A stretch of 63,124 nucleotides of DNA, filler included. It is 9 parts of 9 records of this genome, joined end to end, with 100 filler letters (N's around TTAATTAATTAA, not from the genome) between each part and the next. Parts side by side here need not be neighbours in the genome. Positions count along the whole stretch, not along the records: positions 5,518 to 11,728 come from SRR31147125_93103; positions 11,829 to 18,750 come from SRR31147125_93147; positions 18,851 to 24,834 come from SRR31147125_93189; 6 more parts are not named here. One strand, given 5' to 3'. Position 1 is the first letter of the stretch. Every line of letters begins with the position of its first letter. Shown here piece after piece: positions 11,593 to 23,400 of this stretch. Both the position numbers and the translations under genes were made by a program. A model generated the notes under the pieces. It ran no database searches, was not told the origin of the DNA, and saw only the letters and a list, made by a program, of their open reading frames with translations.

Positions 11593-11728
11593 ACATTCAG
11601 CTTATCTATATGAATTCCCAGGGTCAATACGGCCGGGTGAACTTTAGAATACGGTTCTGATAGATGATGGGGCGGTCGTTAAATTGAGGTATGCCCTGCG
11701 GAAACACAGCCCAGGAGCCTGATGTCCT

Positions 11729-11828
11729 NNNNNNNNNNNNNNNNNNNNNNNNNNNNNNNNNNNNNNNNNNNNTTAATTAATTAANNNNNNNNNNNNNNNN
11801 NNNNNNNNNNNNNNNNNNNNNNNNNNNN
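11729..11828. other. Artificial contig linker
   Basis: N44-TTAATTAATTAA-N44. Confidence 0.99.
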
Positions 11829-13030
11829 TTTGACGGGATTGTCCGCAACCTTATCCCTGCAGAGTGCGTGGGAAGACAATAATGACAGCTCTGAAATACT
11901 TGATCCGCGCTACCGGACCGGGCTGAATTTAAGCCTGACGCAGCCATTACTTAAAAATTTTGGTCGCGACAACAATCAGACAAACATTCGGTTGGAGCAG
12001 AAGAAACTGTCTCAAACCGAGCTGGCGTATCAACTTCGTGCCCAGAACCTGGCTTTTTCGATCGAGACCCTGGCCATTCAGCTGGCAAATGAAAACGACA
12101 TTGTGCGCCTACGGCAGGAAGCCGTTGATTTGTCATCTCGACTTTACGAAGCGAACCGGAAGCGGTTTGATGTCGGCGTTATTGCCGTAACAGAAGTCCA
12201 GGAAGCTGAAACCGATTTAGCCAGTCGCCATCTGAACCTCTCCTCGCAAGACAGAATCGCGAACTGACTCTGGAAGAGCTGTCACGCCTGCTCAATTATT
12301 CTCTTCGCGCAGACCGACTGGGGATACAACTTACGCCTCAGCAGGCAGATCAAGCACCAATACCTTCCCTGGAAATGCTTTTAGAGAAGCAAAAGACAGA
12401 AGGCTCGATTTACAATCTCAGAAGATCGACATCGAGATGGCAAATCTGCAATCAGCATATGCTGACAATCAATTGAAACCGAAGCTCGATCTGAACATGA
12501 ACCTTGGCGTAAACGGTTTGTCTGGTCGTGAACAAGGAACACAGCAAAGCCGCTATGCGGGCGATTGGTTTGAAAGCCTTGACAGCCTGTCTCAAGGAGA
12601 TGGCTATCAGTGGCAGGTCGGTCTGGAGTTCTCCCTGCCTTTTGGCAACAACGCTGCAAAAGCACGATATCAGCAATCGCTCATCAGAACACGCCAGGCC
12701 CAGCACCAGATTCTGGACAGCGAAGCTCAATTGAAGCAGGAGCTCCAGCAGCAGTTGACAGTCATCAAACACAGTCGACAGCAACTTGAGATTGCAAGGC
12801 GCTTCCAGGCCCTGGCTGAAACTTCGCTGGAACAAGAGTCACGTCGACAGGAGGAGGGGTTGAGCGACACCTTCCGAATTATTATTTTTCAGAACAAGAT
12901 GGTCGATGCAAAAATCAATCGGACCAGCGCTCTGAGACAATTGCAACTGGCTCAAGCACAACTCAGCTATATCAGCGGCTCTATTCTTCAGAGACACGCC
13001 ATTCAGTTACCAAGTCAGCCAAGGAGATAA
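11829..13030 (+). CDS. TolC-family protein, 5'-truncated, frameshift near 12245
   Basis: LSLTQPLLKNFG, RFDVGVIAVTEVQEAE, KPKLDL and WQVGLEFSLPFGN across ORFs 11830-12267 and 12437-13030. Confidence 0.85.
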
Positions 13031-13033
13031 AAC

Positions 13034-14101
13034 GTGATTTTTTCCCATAAGAACCGGTCCCTCTGCAGCGTTGTGGTCCTGCTGGCTGCATTATTTCTGT
13101 CTGCTTGCGAAAATCCAGACCAGCAGGCCGCAGAAGTCAAGCTTCCGGAAAAAGTTGTTCCTGTCAGCGTCGAAACGGTATCTCTTGCCGATATGACTGA
13201 ACATTTTACTCTACCGGCCAATCTGGAGGCTTGGGAGGACCTGGTCATTGCAGCTGAAAACGCCGGTCCGGTCAAAAAAATCCACTTTTCTGAGGGACAG
13301 TCTGTCTCCGCGGGTGACATTCTCTTGGAGATTGACCCCGACACCATTCAAGGTCACCTGGCACGTGAGGAAGAGAACTATGCCGTTACTCAACGAAAAT
13401 TAAATCGTTTCCGCGAGCTGAATCAAGAAGGACTGGCCAGTGATCAGGATGTTGATGAACTACAGAATGCTCTAAAAACAGCTGAAATCAATCTAAAAAA
13501 CACACGCCTGCAACTTGAGAAGTCATTTCCCACAGCACCGATCAGCGGCATTGTCGACCAGCACTATATCGATCGTGGCGAGTATGTGGACCCGGGAAAG
13601 CCTCTGATCCGTCTGGTTCAGATCGATAAGCTTAAGGCAATCGCTGATCTGCCGGAGAAAGATGTTCCCTATATCCAGGTCGGACAGAAGGTCGAGATCA
13701 TTCCCGCGATTATCAATGAACGGATGGCAGAAACACTGACCGGGACTATCGAACACATTGCCTATTCGGCTGATCCGGCGACTCGAACCTATCGAACGAA
13801 AATAGTTATCGACAACCGCGGTGGTCAGCTTCGCCCCGGGATGATTGTCAGGGCCAGATTCGTTCGCCAGGAGATGAAGAGCATCGTTACGGCACCTCTT
13901 TATTCGGTCCTTGACCGTGATGGTGGCAAAATTGTTTTCATCAACGACAATGGCATCGCAGCAAAGCGGCAGGTCCAAACCGGCAGCTCCGTTGATCAGA
14001 GAATTGCGATTCTTCAGGGGCTGAACCCAGGACAGCGGTTAATTGTTAAAGGGCAACAACTGCTTATAGACGGCGCCAAGATCAAAGTTGAGGAGAACTG
14101 A
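13034..14101 (+). CDS. RND periplasmic adaptor lipoprotein (MFP)
   Basis: Lipobox LSAC, APISGIV, LRPGM and GLNPGQRLIVKG. Coiled-coil hairpin present. Confidence 0.93.
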   Translation: MIFSHKNRSLCSVVVLLAALFLSACENPDQQAAEVKLPEKVVPVSVETVSLADMTEHFTLPANLEAWEDLVIAAENAGPVKKIHFSEGQSVSAGDILLEIDPDTIQGHLAREEENYAVTQRKLNRFRELNQEGLASDQDVDELQNALKTAEINLKNTRLQLEKSFPTAPISGIVDQHYIDRGEYVDPGKPLIRLVQIDKLKAIADLPEKDVPYIQVGQKVEIIPAIINERMAETLTGTIEHIAYSADPATRTYRTKIVIDNRGGQLRPGMIVRARFVRQEMKSIVTAPLYSVLDRDGGKIVFINDNGIAAKRQVQTGSSVDQRIAILQGLNPGQRLIVKGQQLLIDGAKIKVEEN

Positions 14102-14104
14102 TCC

Positions 14105-17100
14105 ATGTTGATTACCAATGCAGCCGTCGACCGTCGCAGCACGGTCTTTGCGCTGATGCTGATTATTCTTGTGGTCGGTATCTACAGCTATATGGCGCTG
14201 CCTCGAGAATCCTCTCCGGACATTACAATTCCCGTGGTGCTGGTGATCACGTCTTATGAAGGGGTCTCCTCCGGCGACATAGAGAGCCTGATTACCCATC
14301 CGATTGAGCGCAAGCTTAAGGGGCTGAAGGATGTCGATGAAATCCGCTCTGTGAGTGCCGAGGGCGCGTCCATGATCACTATTGAGTTCAACCCGGACGT
14401 TGATATCGACAACGCGTTACAGTGGGTGCGCGATAAAGTCGACCAGGCCAAAGGTGATTTGCCGAACGACCTGGAACAGGATCCGTCGATTCTTGAAATT
14501 AACATTTCAGAGTTCCCCATCCTGATGGTTTCGGTCTCCGGTCCGGTTGACGAACGGGTGCTGAAAAAAGTCGGCGAGGAACTTGAGGATCGCATCGAAC
14601 AGATCAGCGGCGTGCTGGATGTCGTCATGACCGGTGGCCGCGAGCGGGAAATACGGGTCGAGTTTGATCCGGATCGACTGACCTCGTACCGGATTTCACT
14701 GAGTGAAGTCATTCAGGCCATTCGTCAGGAGAATGTCAATATACCCGGTGGGAGTATCGATATCGGATCGGGAAAATACCTGTTACGTATCCCGGGTGAG
14801 TTTACCGGTCCGGATGAAATTGACAACCTTGTCCTGACCAAACGGGATGGACGGATTATCTATTTCAAGGACGTTGCCCGGATCAAAGACACCTTCGAAG
14901 ATCGTGTCAGTCAGGCGCGCATCAACGGTCAGCAGAGTGTCTCTCTGGCGATTAAAAAAAGAACGGGCGCCAACATCATCGAAGTGGCTGACCAGGTTTT
15001 TGCCACCCTACAGGTCGCGGAGCGTTTGACCCCTCCCGGTGTTGATTTGTCGATCACGCTGAATCAGTCCAAAGATATTCGCCGCATGGTCTCTGAACTG
15101 GAGAACAACATCATCACCGGCTTGATTCTGGTGGTGACGGTCCTGTTCCTGTTTCTCGGTCTTCGGAATTCAATTTTTGCTGCCCTGGCAATTCCGTTTT
15201 CAATGTTGATCTCGTTCGCTGTTCTGCAGCTACTCGGGATCACTTTGAATATGGTCGTTCTTTTCAGCCTGATTCTTGCGCTGGGGATGCTGGTTGATAA
15301 CGCCATTGTCATCGTTGAAAATATTTATCGCCACATGCAAGAGGGGCAGAGCGGCCTCAGGGCTGCGAAAATTGCCGCCTCCGAGGTCGGGTGGCCGATT
15401 ATCAGCTCGACCCTGACAACTCTTTGCGCCTTTTTCCCGATGACGTTCTGGCCGGGAATTATGGGCGAATTTATGAAATATTTACCGATTACTCTGATCG
15501 TCACGTTGACCGCCTCGCTGTTTGTCGCTCTGGTGATTAACCCGACCCTGTGTGGTCATTTCATGAAACTCGACAAGAAGGCCTCCGTAGCAGATCGTGA
15601 ACCGGCAAAAATCATCACGATCTACGCCCGCTCTCTCGGTTGGGCTCTCCGGCACCGTTTCGTCGTTTTATCTGGGTGCCTCCTCCTCTGGTTCGGGATT
15701 ATCGTTGTCTACGCAGTTTTTGGCCACGGCGTTGAACTTTTCCCTGATATCGAGCCGAACCGTGCCTTTGTTGAGATTAAAGCCCCGGAAGGCACGAATC
15801 TGGATGCGACCAACCAGCTGGCAAAGTCGATCGAGGAGATCACTCTGGAAGAGCAAGACATCCGTTATGTAGTAACCGAGGTCGGGGTTTCCAGCAATTC
15901 TGAGGAGGCGGTGAAAGTGTCCAGTCAAACCTCTCACGGATCACTCTTGATTTCCTCGACCGGGAAGACCGAACCGATGACGCTCGCGATGTCATCGACC
16001 GCCTGCGGCACGCGATCACACCATTCCCGGGAGCTGAGTTCAAAGTTGAGAAGCAGGAGGAAGGACCACCGACAGGTCCTCCGGTCAGTGTCGAGATCAG
16101 TGGGGAAGAGATCCCTGTGCTGGATCAGCTGGTTGCAGAGGCGAGGGCTTTGATCAAAGACGTTCCAGGACTGGTCGACCTGAAGGATGATTTCTCGAAA
16201 GCGAAACCGGAAATACGGGTCGATGTCGATCGGGAAAAAGCCAGTCTGCTCCATCTGTCAACCGCAGAAATATCCGAAATGGTCAAGGCCGCCATCAGTG
16301 GTACGAAACTGGGTGTCTATCGAGAGGGTGAGGATGAATATGACATCATTGCCCGGATGCCGGAAGAACGACGGACTTCTCTGCCCGATATCCAGAATCT
16401 TTTAGTCCCTACGATCGACGGATCACCTGTTCCGCTTTCAACTATCGCAGATGTCAGGCTCAGTACCGGCTTCGGGTCGATCCGGCATATCGATCAGAAA
16501 CGGGTTGTCACCATCAGCGCCGACACGTTCGGCCGCAACAGTAATGAGGTGCTGCTGGATGTTCAAAATCGCCTGAAGGAATTGGAACTGCCTTCCGGAT
16601 ATCAGGTTCGTTACTCAGGTGAGCAGGAAGAGCAGCAGAAAGCGGTTGATTTTCTGTCCAAGGCCTTTATCGGAGCGATCCTGTTGATCATGCTTGTACT
16701 GATCACTCAGTTTAATTCGGTTCTGCAGACCCTGATTGTTATGACATCGATTGTTCTCTCGCTGACAGGCGTCTTCCTCGGTCTGCTGATAACCGTGACT
16801 CCTTTCGGAATTATCATGACGGGTATCGGAGTCATTTCACTCGCCGGTGTCGTCGTTAACAACGCTATCGTTCTGATCGATTACATCAATCAGCTCTGCA
16901 AAGAGGGGATGGCTGTGACTGAGGCACTGATCAAGGCAGGGAGTGTCCGTTTCCGCCCTGTTCTGTTGACAGCAGTCACAACCATTCTCGGTTTAATGCC
17001 GATGGCCTTGCGGATCAGCTACGATTTCAGAACCTTCAGCTGGGAGATCGGTGGTGAGTCGGCCGACTGGTGGGCACCGATGGCTGTGGCCGTTATTTTC

Positions 17101-17214
17101 GGCCTTGCATTTTCAACACTGTTAACCCTGGTTGTGGTACCGGTTCTCTATTCACTGGTCGACTCGGCCAGAACCCGATTCTGGAACAGAAAAACCGGAA
17201 AGGAGTCCGCGTGA
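14105..17214 (+). CDS. RND efflux permease, frameshift near 15905
   Basis: ORF 14105-16153 (LGMLVDNAIVIVENIYRH) and ORF 16117-17214 (RFRPVLLTAVTTILGLMP) are the two halves of one AcrB-type protein. Confidence 0.92.
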
Positions 17215-17383
17215 TTGTTTGCCAGGTGTGACTTTCCAGGGCCGCTTGCTTTTGGTTTGACAAGGTCTGAACCTTAAGGTAGATAAATGAAATCAATTCA
17301 CTGTCATGGGTGTTGATTGTCTGTAGATTGATGAAGATCTGACGTCACGCCCGTCACTCTAAAGCACACGAAAGGTCATAGGC

Positions 17384-18574
17384 ATGTTCGAGAAAGTACA
17401 AGTCGCTCCGCCCGATCCTATTCTTGGTCTGACAGAATTGTTCAAAGCAGACCCGAATCCTGACAAGATCAATCTGTCCGTTGGCGTTTACAAAGACGCA
17501 AACGGTAACACGCCGGTTCTCGACACGGTTAAAGAGGCGGAAAAACGTATCCTGACGCAGGAGAACTCCAAGGGGTATCTACCGATGACAGGTGAGCCTG
17601 CCTATTGTGCGATGGTTCAGGAGCTTCTCTTTGGTGAAGGTCATGAGATCATTGATAGCAAGCGTGCTGCGACGGCACAATGCCCTGGTGGAACCGGCGC
17701 ACTGCGTGTTGCAGGTGATTACCTGAACATCGTCCATCCTGGGGCAAAAATCTGGTTGAGTGATCCTACCTGGGCTAACCATGCGACTATTTTTAAAGCC
17801 GCCGGGATGACCTGTGAAAAATACGCCTACCGTGATCCCAAGACGAACGGCCTTGATTTTGATGCGATGTACGAGTCGATTAAGCAGATTCCAGCGGGCG
17901 ACGTTATTCTTCTTCACGGATGCTGTCATAATCCGACCGGTATCGATCCGACACCGGAGCAATGGGCAAAGGTTGGTGACCTTCTCGCCGCTCAGGGTGT
18001 GCTTCCATTGATAGACTTTGCCTATCATGGCCTCGCTAATGGAATCGAAGAAGATCGTCAGGGCCTGCTGGAGCTGTGCAAAAAGGTCAAGCAACTGCTG
18101 ATCTGTTCAAGTTTTTCAAAGAACTTCGGTCTTTACCGTGAAAGAACAGGGGCCTTGACTGTCGTTGCAGATAACGCTGAACAGGCTGGTACCGTTATGA
18201 GCCAGGTCAAGCTGCGGATCCGTTACAACTATTCCAATCCACCGTCTCACGGTGGCCAGATTGCTGCTCTGGTTCTGGGCGACAAAGAGCTCAAGGCACA
18301 ATGGATTGAAGAAGTTGCTGACATTCGTAACCGGATCAATGAAATGCGCCACCTGTTCGTACAGACACTGAAAGAGAAGGGTGTCGATCAGGACTTTTCC
18401 TCTATTATTGAGCAGCGCGGCATGTTCAGTTTCTCCGGGCTCTCAAAAGAGCAGGTTCACGAGTTGCGTGACAAATATTCTATCTACATTGTCGACTCCG
18501 GTCGGATTAATGTTGCCGGCATGACCCGTGACAACATGGATCGCCTTTGCGAGGCTATTAAGTCGGTCCTCTAA
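17384..18574 (+). CDS. aspC: Aspartate/aromatic amino acid aminotransferase (AspC/TyrB)
   Basis: PPDPILGL, INLSVGVYKD, HGCCHNPTGID, PLP lysine in SFSKNFGLY, GRINVAG. Confidence 0.93.
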   Translation: MFEKVQVAPPDPILGLTELFKADPNPDKINLSVGVYKDANGNTPVLDTVKEAEKRILTQENSKGYLPMTGEPAYCAMVQELLFGEGHEIIDSKRAATAQCPGGTGALRVAGDYLNIVHPGAKIWLSDPTWANHATIFKAAGMTCEKYAYRDPKTNGLDFDAMYESIKQIPAGDVILLHGCCHNPTGIDPTPEQWAKVGDLLAAQGVLPLIDFAYHGLANGIEEDRQGLLELCKKVKQLLICSSFSKNFGLYRERTGALTVVADNAEQAGTVMSQVKLRIRYNYSNPPSHGGQIAALVLGDKELKAQWIEEVADIRNRINEMRHLFVQTLKEKGVDQDFSSIIEQRGMFSFSGLSKEQVHELRDKYSIYIVDSGRINVAGMTRDNMDRLCEAIKSVL

Positions 18575-18597
18575 TTCGTTCATTGTTCTGTTTCATG

Positions 18598-18632
18598 GGC
18601 CTGCCGACAGCTGTCGGCAGGCCTTTATTTTG
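18598..18632 (+). terminator. Intrinsic terminator after aspC
   Basis: Palindrome GGCCTGCCGACAG/CTGTCGGCAGGCC followed by TTTATTTT. Confidence 0.85.
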
Positions 18633-18668
18633 TCCCGTCATTGACAAGTGAAAACGGGTCGTTTTTTC

Positions 18669-18697
18669 TTGACGATCCGCATGATCTTTGTTAGAAA
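18669..18697 (+). promoter_or_regulatory. Sigma70 promoter for the tRNA
   Basis: TTGACG-17 nt-TAGAAA, 16 nt upstream of the tRNA 5' end. Confidence 0.6.
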
Positions 18698-18713
18698 ATC
18701 CACCTCTGTTTAT

Positions 18714-18750
18714 TGGGGCATCGCCAAGCGGTAAGGCACCGGATTTTGAT
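18714..18750 (+). tRNA. tRNA-Gln(TTG), 5' half, truncated at contig end
   Basis: TGGGGCATCGCCAAGCGGTAAGGCACCGGATTTTGAT gives the canonical bacterial tRNA-Gln acceptor arm, D arm and TTG anticodon loop. Confidence 0.9.
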
Positions 18751-18850
18751 NNNNNNNNNNNNNNNNNNNNNNNNNNNNNNNNNNNNNNNNNNNNTTAATT
18801 AATTAANNNNNNNNNNNNNNNNNNNNNNNNNNNNNNNNNNNNNNNNNNNN
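18751..18850. other. Artificial contig linker
   Basis: N44-TTAATTAATTAA-N44. Confidence 0.99.
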
Positions 18851-20455
18851 CGAGGAGGGTGTTGAGGATGTTGTCGAGGATGTTGTCGAGGATGTTGTCG
18901 AGGAGGTGGAAAACATAGAAATCGACGATAGACAACATGTAAGTGATATTGTTCTGCGGACAAGAAACGAGTGGGAGGAGGACGGCCTGCTGGAAGAAGT
19001 CATGGGAAAGGTGCGCTGGTGCAAGATGGATCACATTGATCAACGCCGTGCGATTAGAACACCAGCGGAGCACGAAAGCTGCTTTTTTCAATGGAAGTAC
19101 GTCTGCGTTGTGTGTTGGTACCTTGTATAACTTGGATTGCGAGCAGCAGCAGGAGGAAGAGGATGTCGTTGTCTCTCCAGGACGTCGACGAATCTTGGAT
19201 ACGTTTGCCGATTCCTTGCGTCACGTCAATCGTCTCTTCAATATGGAGTATGGTGCCTATCAGCGAAAAGTGCCGGCCCATATGCCGCATCTGATTGATA
19301 AAAGGGTGATGCAAGAACTCCAAGAGAAGTGCGTTTTTGTCCCTGTCACACGTGGATGGACTCAACAAACAATGTCCTTTTTGCAAGATGGCCTGACGAA
19401 TTTGATGAGACATCTTCACATCGTTTCCGCTCTTCGGAGGATGTGCAGTGCGTTGCGTGGTGAGAAAGAGAGAGAGAGAGAGGACGGATTCAAACACGGG
19501 GTTGGCAAGGTATGCCTTTGCATACTTCTACTTTCTGATGGGAGAAAAGAAGGCGTTTGATGCCCGTACAACGTTTGATTCTCTGGATACGAATGGTGAT
19601 GGGTATGTCTCACCGAGGCCGATTGCCCGTGATGAATGAATGACGTCCCTTCCAGTATTCTCAACGACAATGAATTGAGAACACTCCTTGCAAAGATTCG
19701 CGTTCCCATTTTCGAGGATGACTGGGGCATGCTGAGGGAGACCTTTTTAAATAGTAACGTGATGATGGGCACGCACGACAATACGAACTTGACTGTGTGG
19801 TACAGACGACACCAGCATTTCCACAAGGGAACAACAATATGTAACATTTGACGCATTCAATAACTCACAGAGTCTCCTGTCTGAGCTTCAAGATATCACG
19901 GCCTCCGAAAGGAAGTATGAATTTGAGACCATGGGGATTGAGGACATCGCATTTGAGATGATACACAACAACGATACAAAAGTACAGAACGTTCTGGACA
20001 ACATTCGGCGAAGACGACACAAGTTCATTTGCTTGAATGATGACATGAATCGAACCCAACCCAATGAAGAGGTCTGAGACAACACAAGTGCATCGAATGG
20101 AATGGCTAACGACGATGCGGACATGCAGGTTATGGAAGTCCTCCATGAATTCCTGGAGGCATTCTATCCGCATCCATCCTCTTTCGAACTTCCCCAGGGA
20201 CGGGTGAATCCCGCTCTGCGATTGCATGAGTGTCTACGAATGTGAATAGAAAGGGAACAAACGGGTGGTGGATGTGTCTTACCCCTCCTACTACGCAGAT
20301 ACGCCGAGAATGCTCGTACGAGCTTTTGGGCTAGTGTGGTGGTCGTGGTGGTACTGGTTCTGTTGATTGCAGCTATGGGACGAGTGGCCTTCAACGCATG
20401 GCCGACAAGTGGGCGGTTTCGCGAGCGACGGCTTCGCAGGCTTCTTGCAGTGTAG
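18851..20455 (+). CDS. GNPTAB: Eukaryotic GlcNAc-1-phosphotransferase alpha/beta (Stealth family), 3' part, 7 short GT-AG introns
   Basis: Spliced product: [54 protein letters not shown]-hand [35 protein letters not shown] and a C-terminal TM helix. Introns inferred at 19011-19065, 19329-19387, 19448-19509, 19603-19655, 19754-19805, 20072-20128 and 20230-20298. Confidence 0.9.
18864..18905 (+). repeat. 12-bp coding tandem repeat (GAGGATGTTGTC, EDVV), about 3.5 copies
   Basis: Directly visible. Encodes an acidic low-complexity spacer of the GNPTAB-like protein. Confidence 0.85.
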
Positions 20456-20464
20456 CGCCTTCCC

Positions 20465-23400
20465 CTATCTCAAAGAGCGTTCAATCACATCCACCCCATA
20501 CGTGTTCGATCTATTCCTCCTTCTCCTCTTCCTCCTCCCCTCGTCCCTTATCTTGTATTTGGGTGGAAGGAGGACCGTGGCGCTCAAGTGGGTGGATACC
20601 GTAGCTTCTCGGCGCACTCCCCCAAATACACTGAATGTGAGAGCCTGAATGCACAATTGCCATGTGAGTGAACTTGTACACCCCCGTGAGACTACTGGCC
20701 GGTACCTGGGCCCGCGAAACAGATTCATCCGTTGATTTCTAGCCACGCACGGCATGTGGTGTGTCAAACGTGATGACTTCCCTTTTTCTGTTGATGCGTA
20801 CGCACCTGCACTTCATGGAGGGTAGCCAGCGTACGATTCGCCGTCTGGGAAGCTTCCTTCAATAGGGTGACACAGCCCATCGGGTCGCGGTGAAGGATTT
20901 CCTCGCCTTTGGCAGGCTTGGAAGCACCTGACCTGGAAGCAACTAGCTTGCGTCCTCTCCTTGATAAGCTCGCGGCACGTGGGGGTTCCCCCACTTCCAC
21001 GGATCCCAGTTCGATGCCACCATGCTTTGCGCTGTGAATGACAGAAGTGACGCCACCGATCGCAAGATCGAGGGGTGTCTGAAAAATGAAAAATGAAAAA
21101 CGATTTGAGAGAGTGAGAAAGAGCCAGCCAACCACTCACCAGTCCCGTTGCATTCTCTTGGTTGGCGACATGCGTCGCCGCCGGTTGATCCTGATGTCCA
21201 ATTCAGTACTCCTCCCCCGTGACATGGGTTGACTGGTACCTTGGCATGGAGAACGGCCTCAACAGTCTCGCGAATCATGGATGGGACCACAGTGTGAAGT
21301 GGCGTGTTCCCCGCCTCGTCCTTTGTGTCACCTGTCAACACGAGAAGATTAGGAGCGTGTACTTGATTGCTCTTGCACGTCGTGTACCTTCAGAGCCGCG
21401 GTTCAGCAATTCCTTGATGATGCACAGGTTTCCTCCCTGTGTGGCAATGGAAAGGGGCGTTTGGTTGCAATCCCTGCTCGGTTTGTGTAGTGCTTCTGCA
21501 AGTCCATCGGGCGAGTAGCGGTCAAACAGGGCCTTCATTGTTTTCTTCGTAGCATGACGCCTATCCACCCACTGTAAAGAAGAGCGTCAAACCATACAGA
21601 AACGTACGCAGCGACATGAGCACAAGTCCACCCGCGACAATCTTCGGCAGTCAATTTGGCTCCAATTTGTAGCAGAGCGTTCAGGCCATACACGTCGTTT
21701 TGTTGAATGGCCATGTGCAAGCAGGGGCTGGGGAAAGGATGTCAGCCGGTCGTCGATCACCCATCGATCCGGGAACACAAACATAGGTAGCGGGGGCACA
21801 ACTTGCCCCTCTTCATAGACGCGAACATTCTTCACCCTTCCTTCCAAGTAGTCATCCACCGAATACTGTTCGTTCACATGGAACAAGAATGAGGATCAGG
21901 GATCAAAGGAAAAACATAACACCAGTTCATCATGCCTTTCCCTTATACTCCTGAACCAGGCCCACCAGTCGAGGAAGAAGGGCATGCTGCCTGTTCGCGT
22001 TGTTAGATCGCTTGTGCATCATCAGCGTCTTCCCTTCCTCACATGAAGTGTACGGCATAGTGGAAAATGTTCATCCCGGCGGAATCCACACTTTCCGGTC
22101 CTAGAAGACGTGCTACGGCTTCTTCGGCCCCAGAAGGAAGACGAGCAATCGTTTTCGACACAGGATGGTCGGGATGCGTGTCAACAAACTTCTTCAGAGC
22201 CTGCAATGCAATGCAAAAGGTTTGCCGCTTTTCTCTCTCCTCTTTCTCTCTCTCGCTTTCTCTTCACCTCAACAGGACCACGTCCCATCAGCCATTCAAT
22301 CATCCCCTCTTGTCCATGTGCCACGGCCATTTGCATGGGGCTACACGAGATGAGAATAGAGAAGGAAACACAAGGACAAACCAACCATGTTTGAGTGGGC
22401 TCACGCTTCATATCCGCTTCTACGAGGCCTTGCATCATTCGGGCTTTCGCCGCATTTTTCTTTCCATGGAAATCCAGTCCAGCGTACTCGTCTTCTTGGG
22501 GGGCTCATTCGGATCCTGGAGAATAGAATAGAATGAGGGATTCATTGGATTCCCAAGAAGCGCACCCTCTCCACGGGTGGGACCAAAGGAACAAAGTCAG
22601 CACAGAAATGTGCGGCCGTCCTTTTTGTTTGAATCAGAACAGTTGGTTCTCCAGTAATACCAGCCGTGAAACGTACTCGAGAAGGTATTGAGCGATTTCT
22701 ACACAGCCAAAAGCCACCGCAAGATGGAAGAGGCGGGTAGAGGCCCCAAAGTAGGGACAGTAGTTCTGAAGAACTGTTGATTCAACCGAAAGGGAGTGGC
22801 GACGAACGAACCGTCTCACTGGAAAGCCAGGTGCACCCTTCTCCCAGCACGAAATCAAACAATGAGATCCTCTGAGCAATTGTTTCATTATGGACGCGTT
22901 GCCCTGCCGGATTCCCATGATCAGCATACGACGGCGGACGGGAAACAACAGCGCACAAGTGGTGAATGTCTTGTCTTTGATGAACGAAAGCACGTGGTGC
23001 ACACAGGGGAAGTTATTCTGCATGATCGCCACAGAGATAGGCCGGAATGAATGACGAGTGGACGACCAGGTGTGATCGAGTAACTCCAGCAGATCCTGCA
23101 AAGAGAGAGGAGGCATTGGACCGTTTTCCTCACGGTGTGGGAGGACCTACCCCAGTCACAAGCATCCTCAAAGGAACGTTGTGGATCGTTTCTATAATCA
23201 GATCAGCGACGCCGGAATAACTGAATACCTGTGGAAGAGTAGTCCAGGGTCAGAAGGGAGGGGAAATACCTTCGCACCTTCTTCGGCGGCTTGGATGTGT
23301 CCTGATCGCCTTCGTTCGGATCCTGTCCCATTGGTGTTATCAATACTCCGGAGAACGGGCAGCACAAAGAACCCACCTCGGGTCCTTCTTCTTCAACCAG

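Noticed and set aside
5518-17214. Two divergent RND operons as one efflux island
   Set aside because: They are on different contigs separated by a linker and appear to come from different organisms.
18864-18905. 12-bp repeats as a CRISPR-like array
   Set aside because: Head-to-tail coding repeats without spacers. No CRISPR array or cas gene was seen anywhere in the window.
21866-21935. Possible GC-AG intron (AAG|GCATGA) in the ankyrin gene
   Set aside because: In-phase GT donors exist a short way upstream, so it cannot be decided without transcripts.
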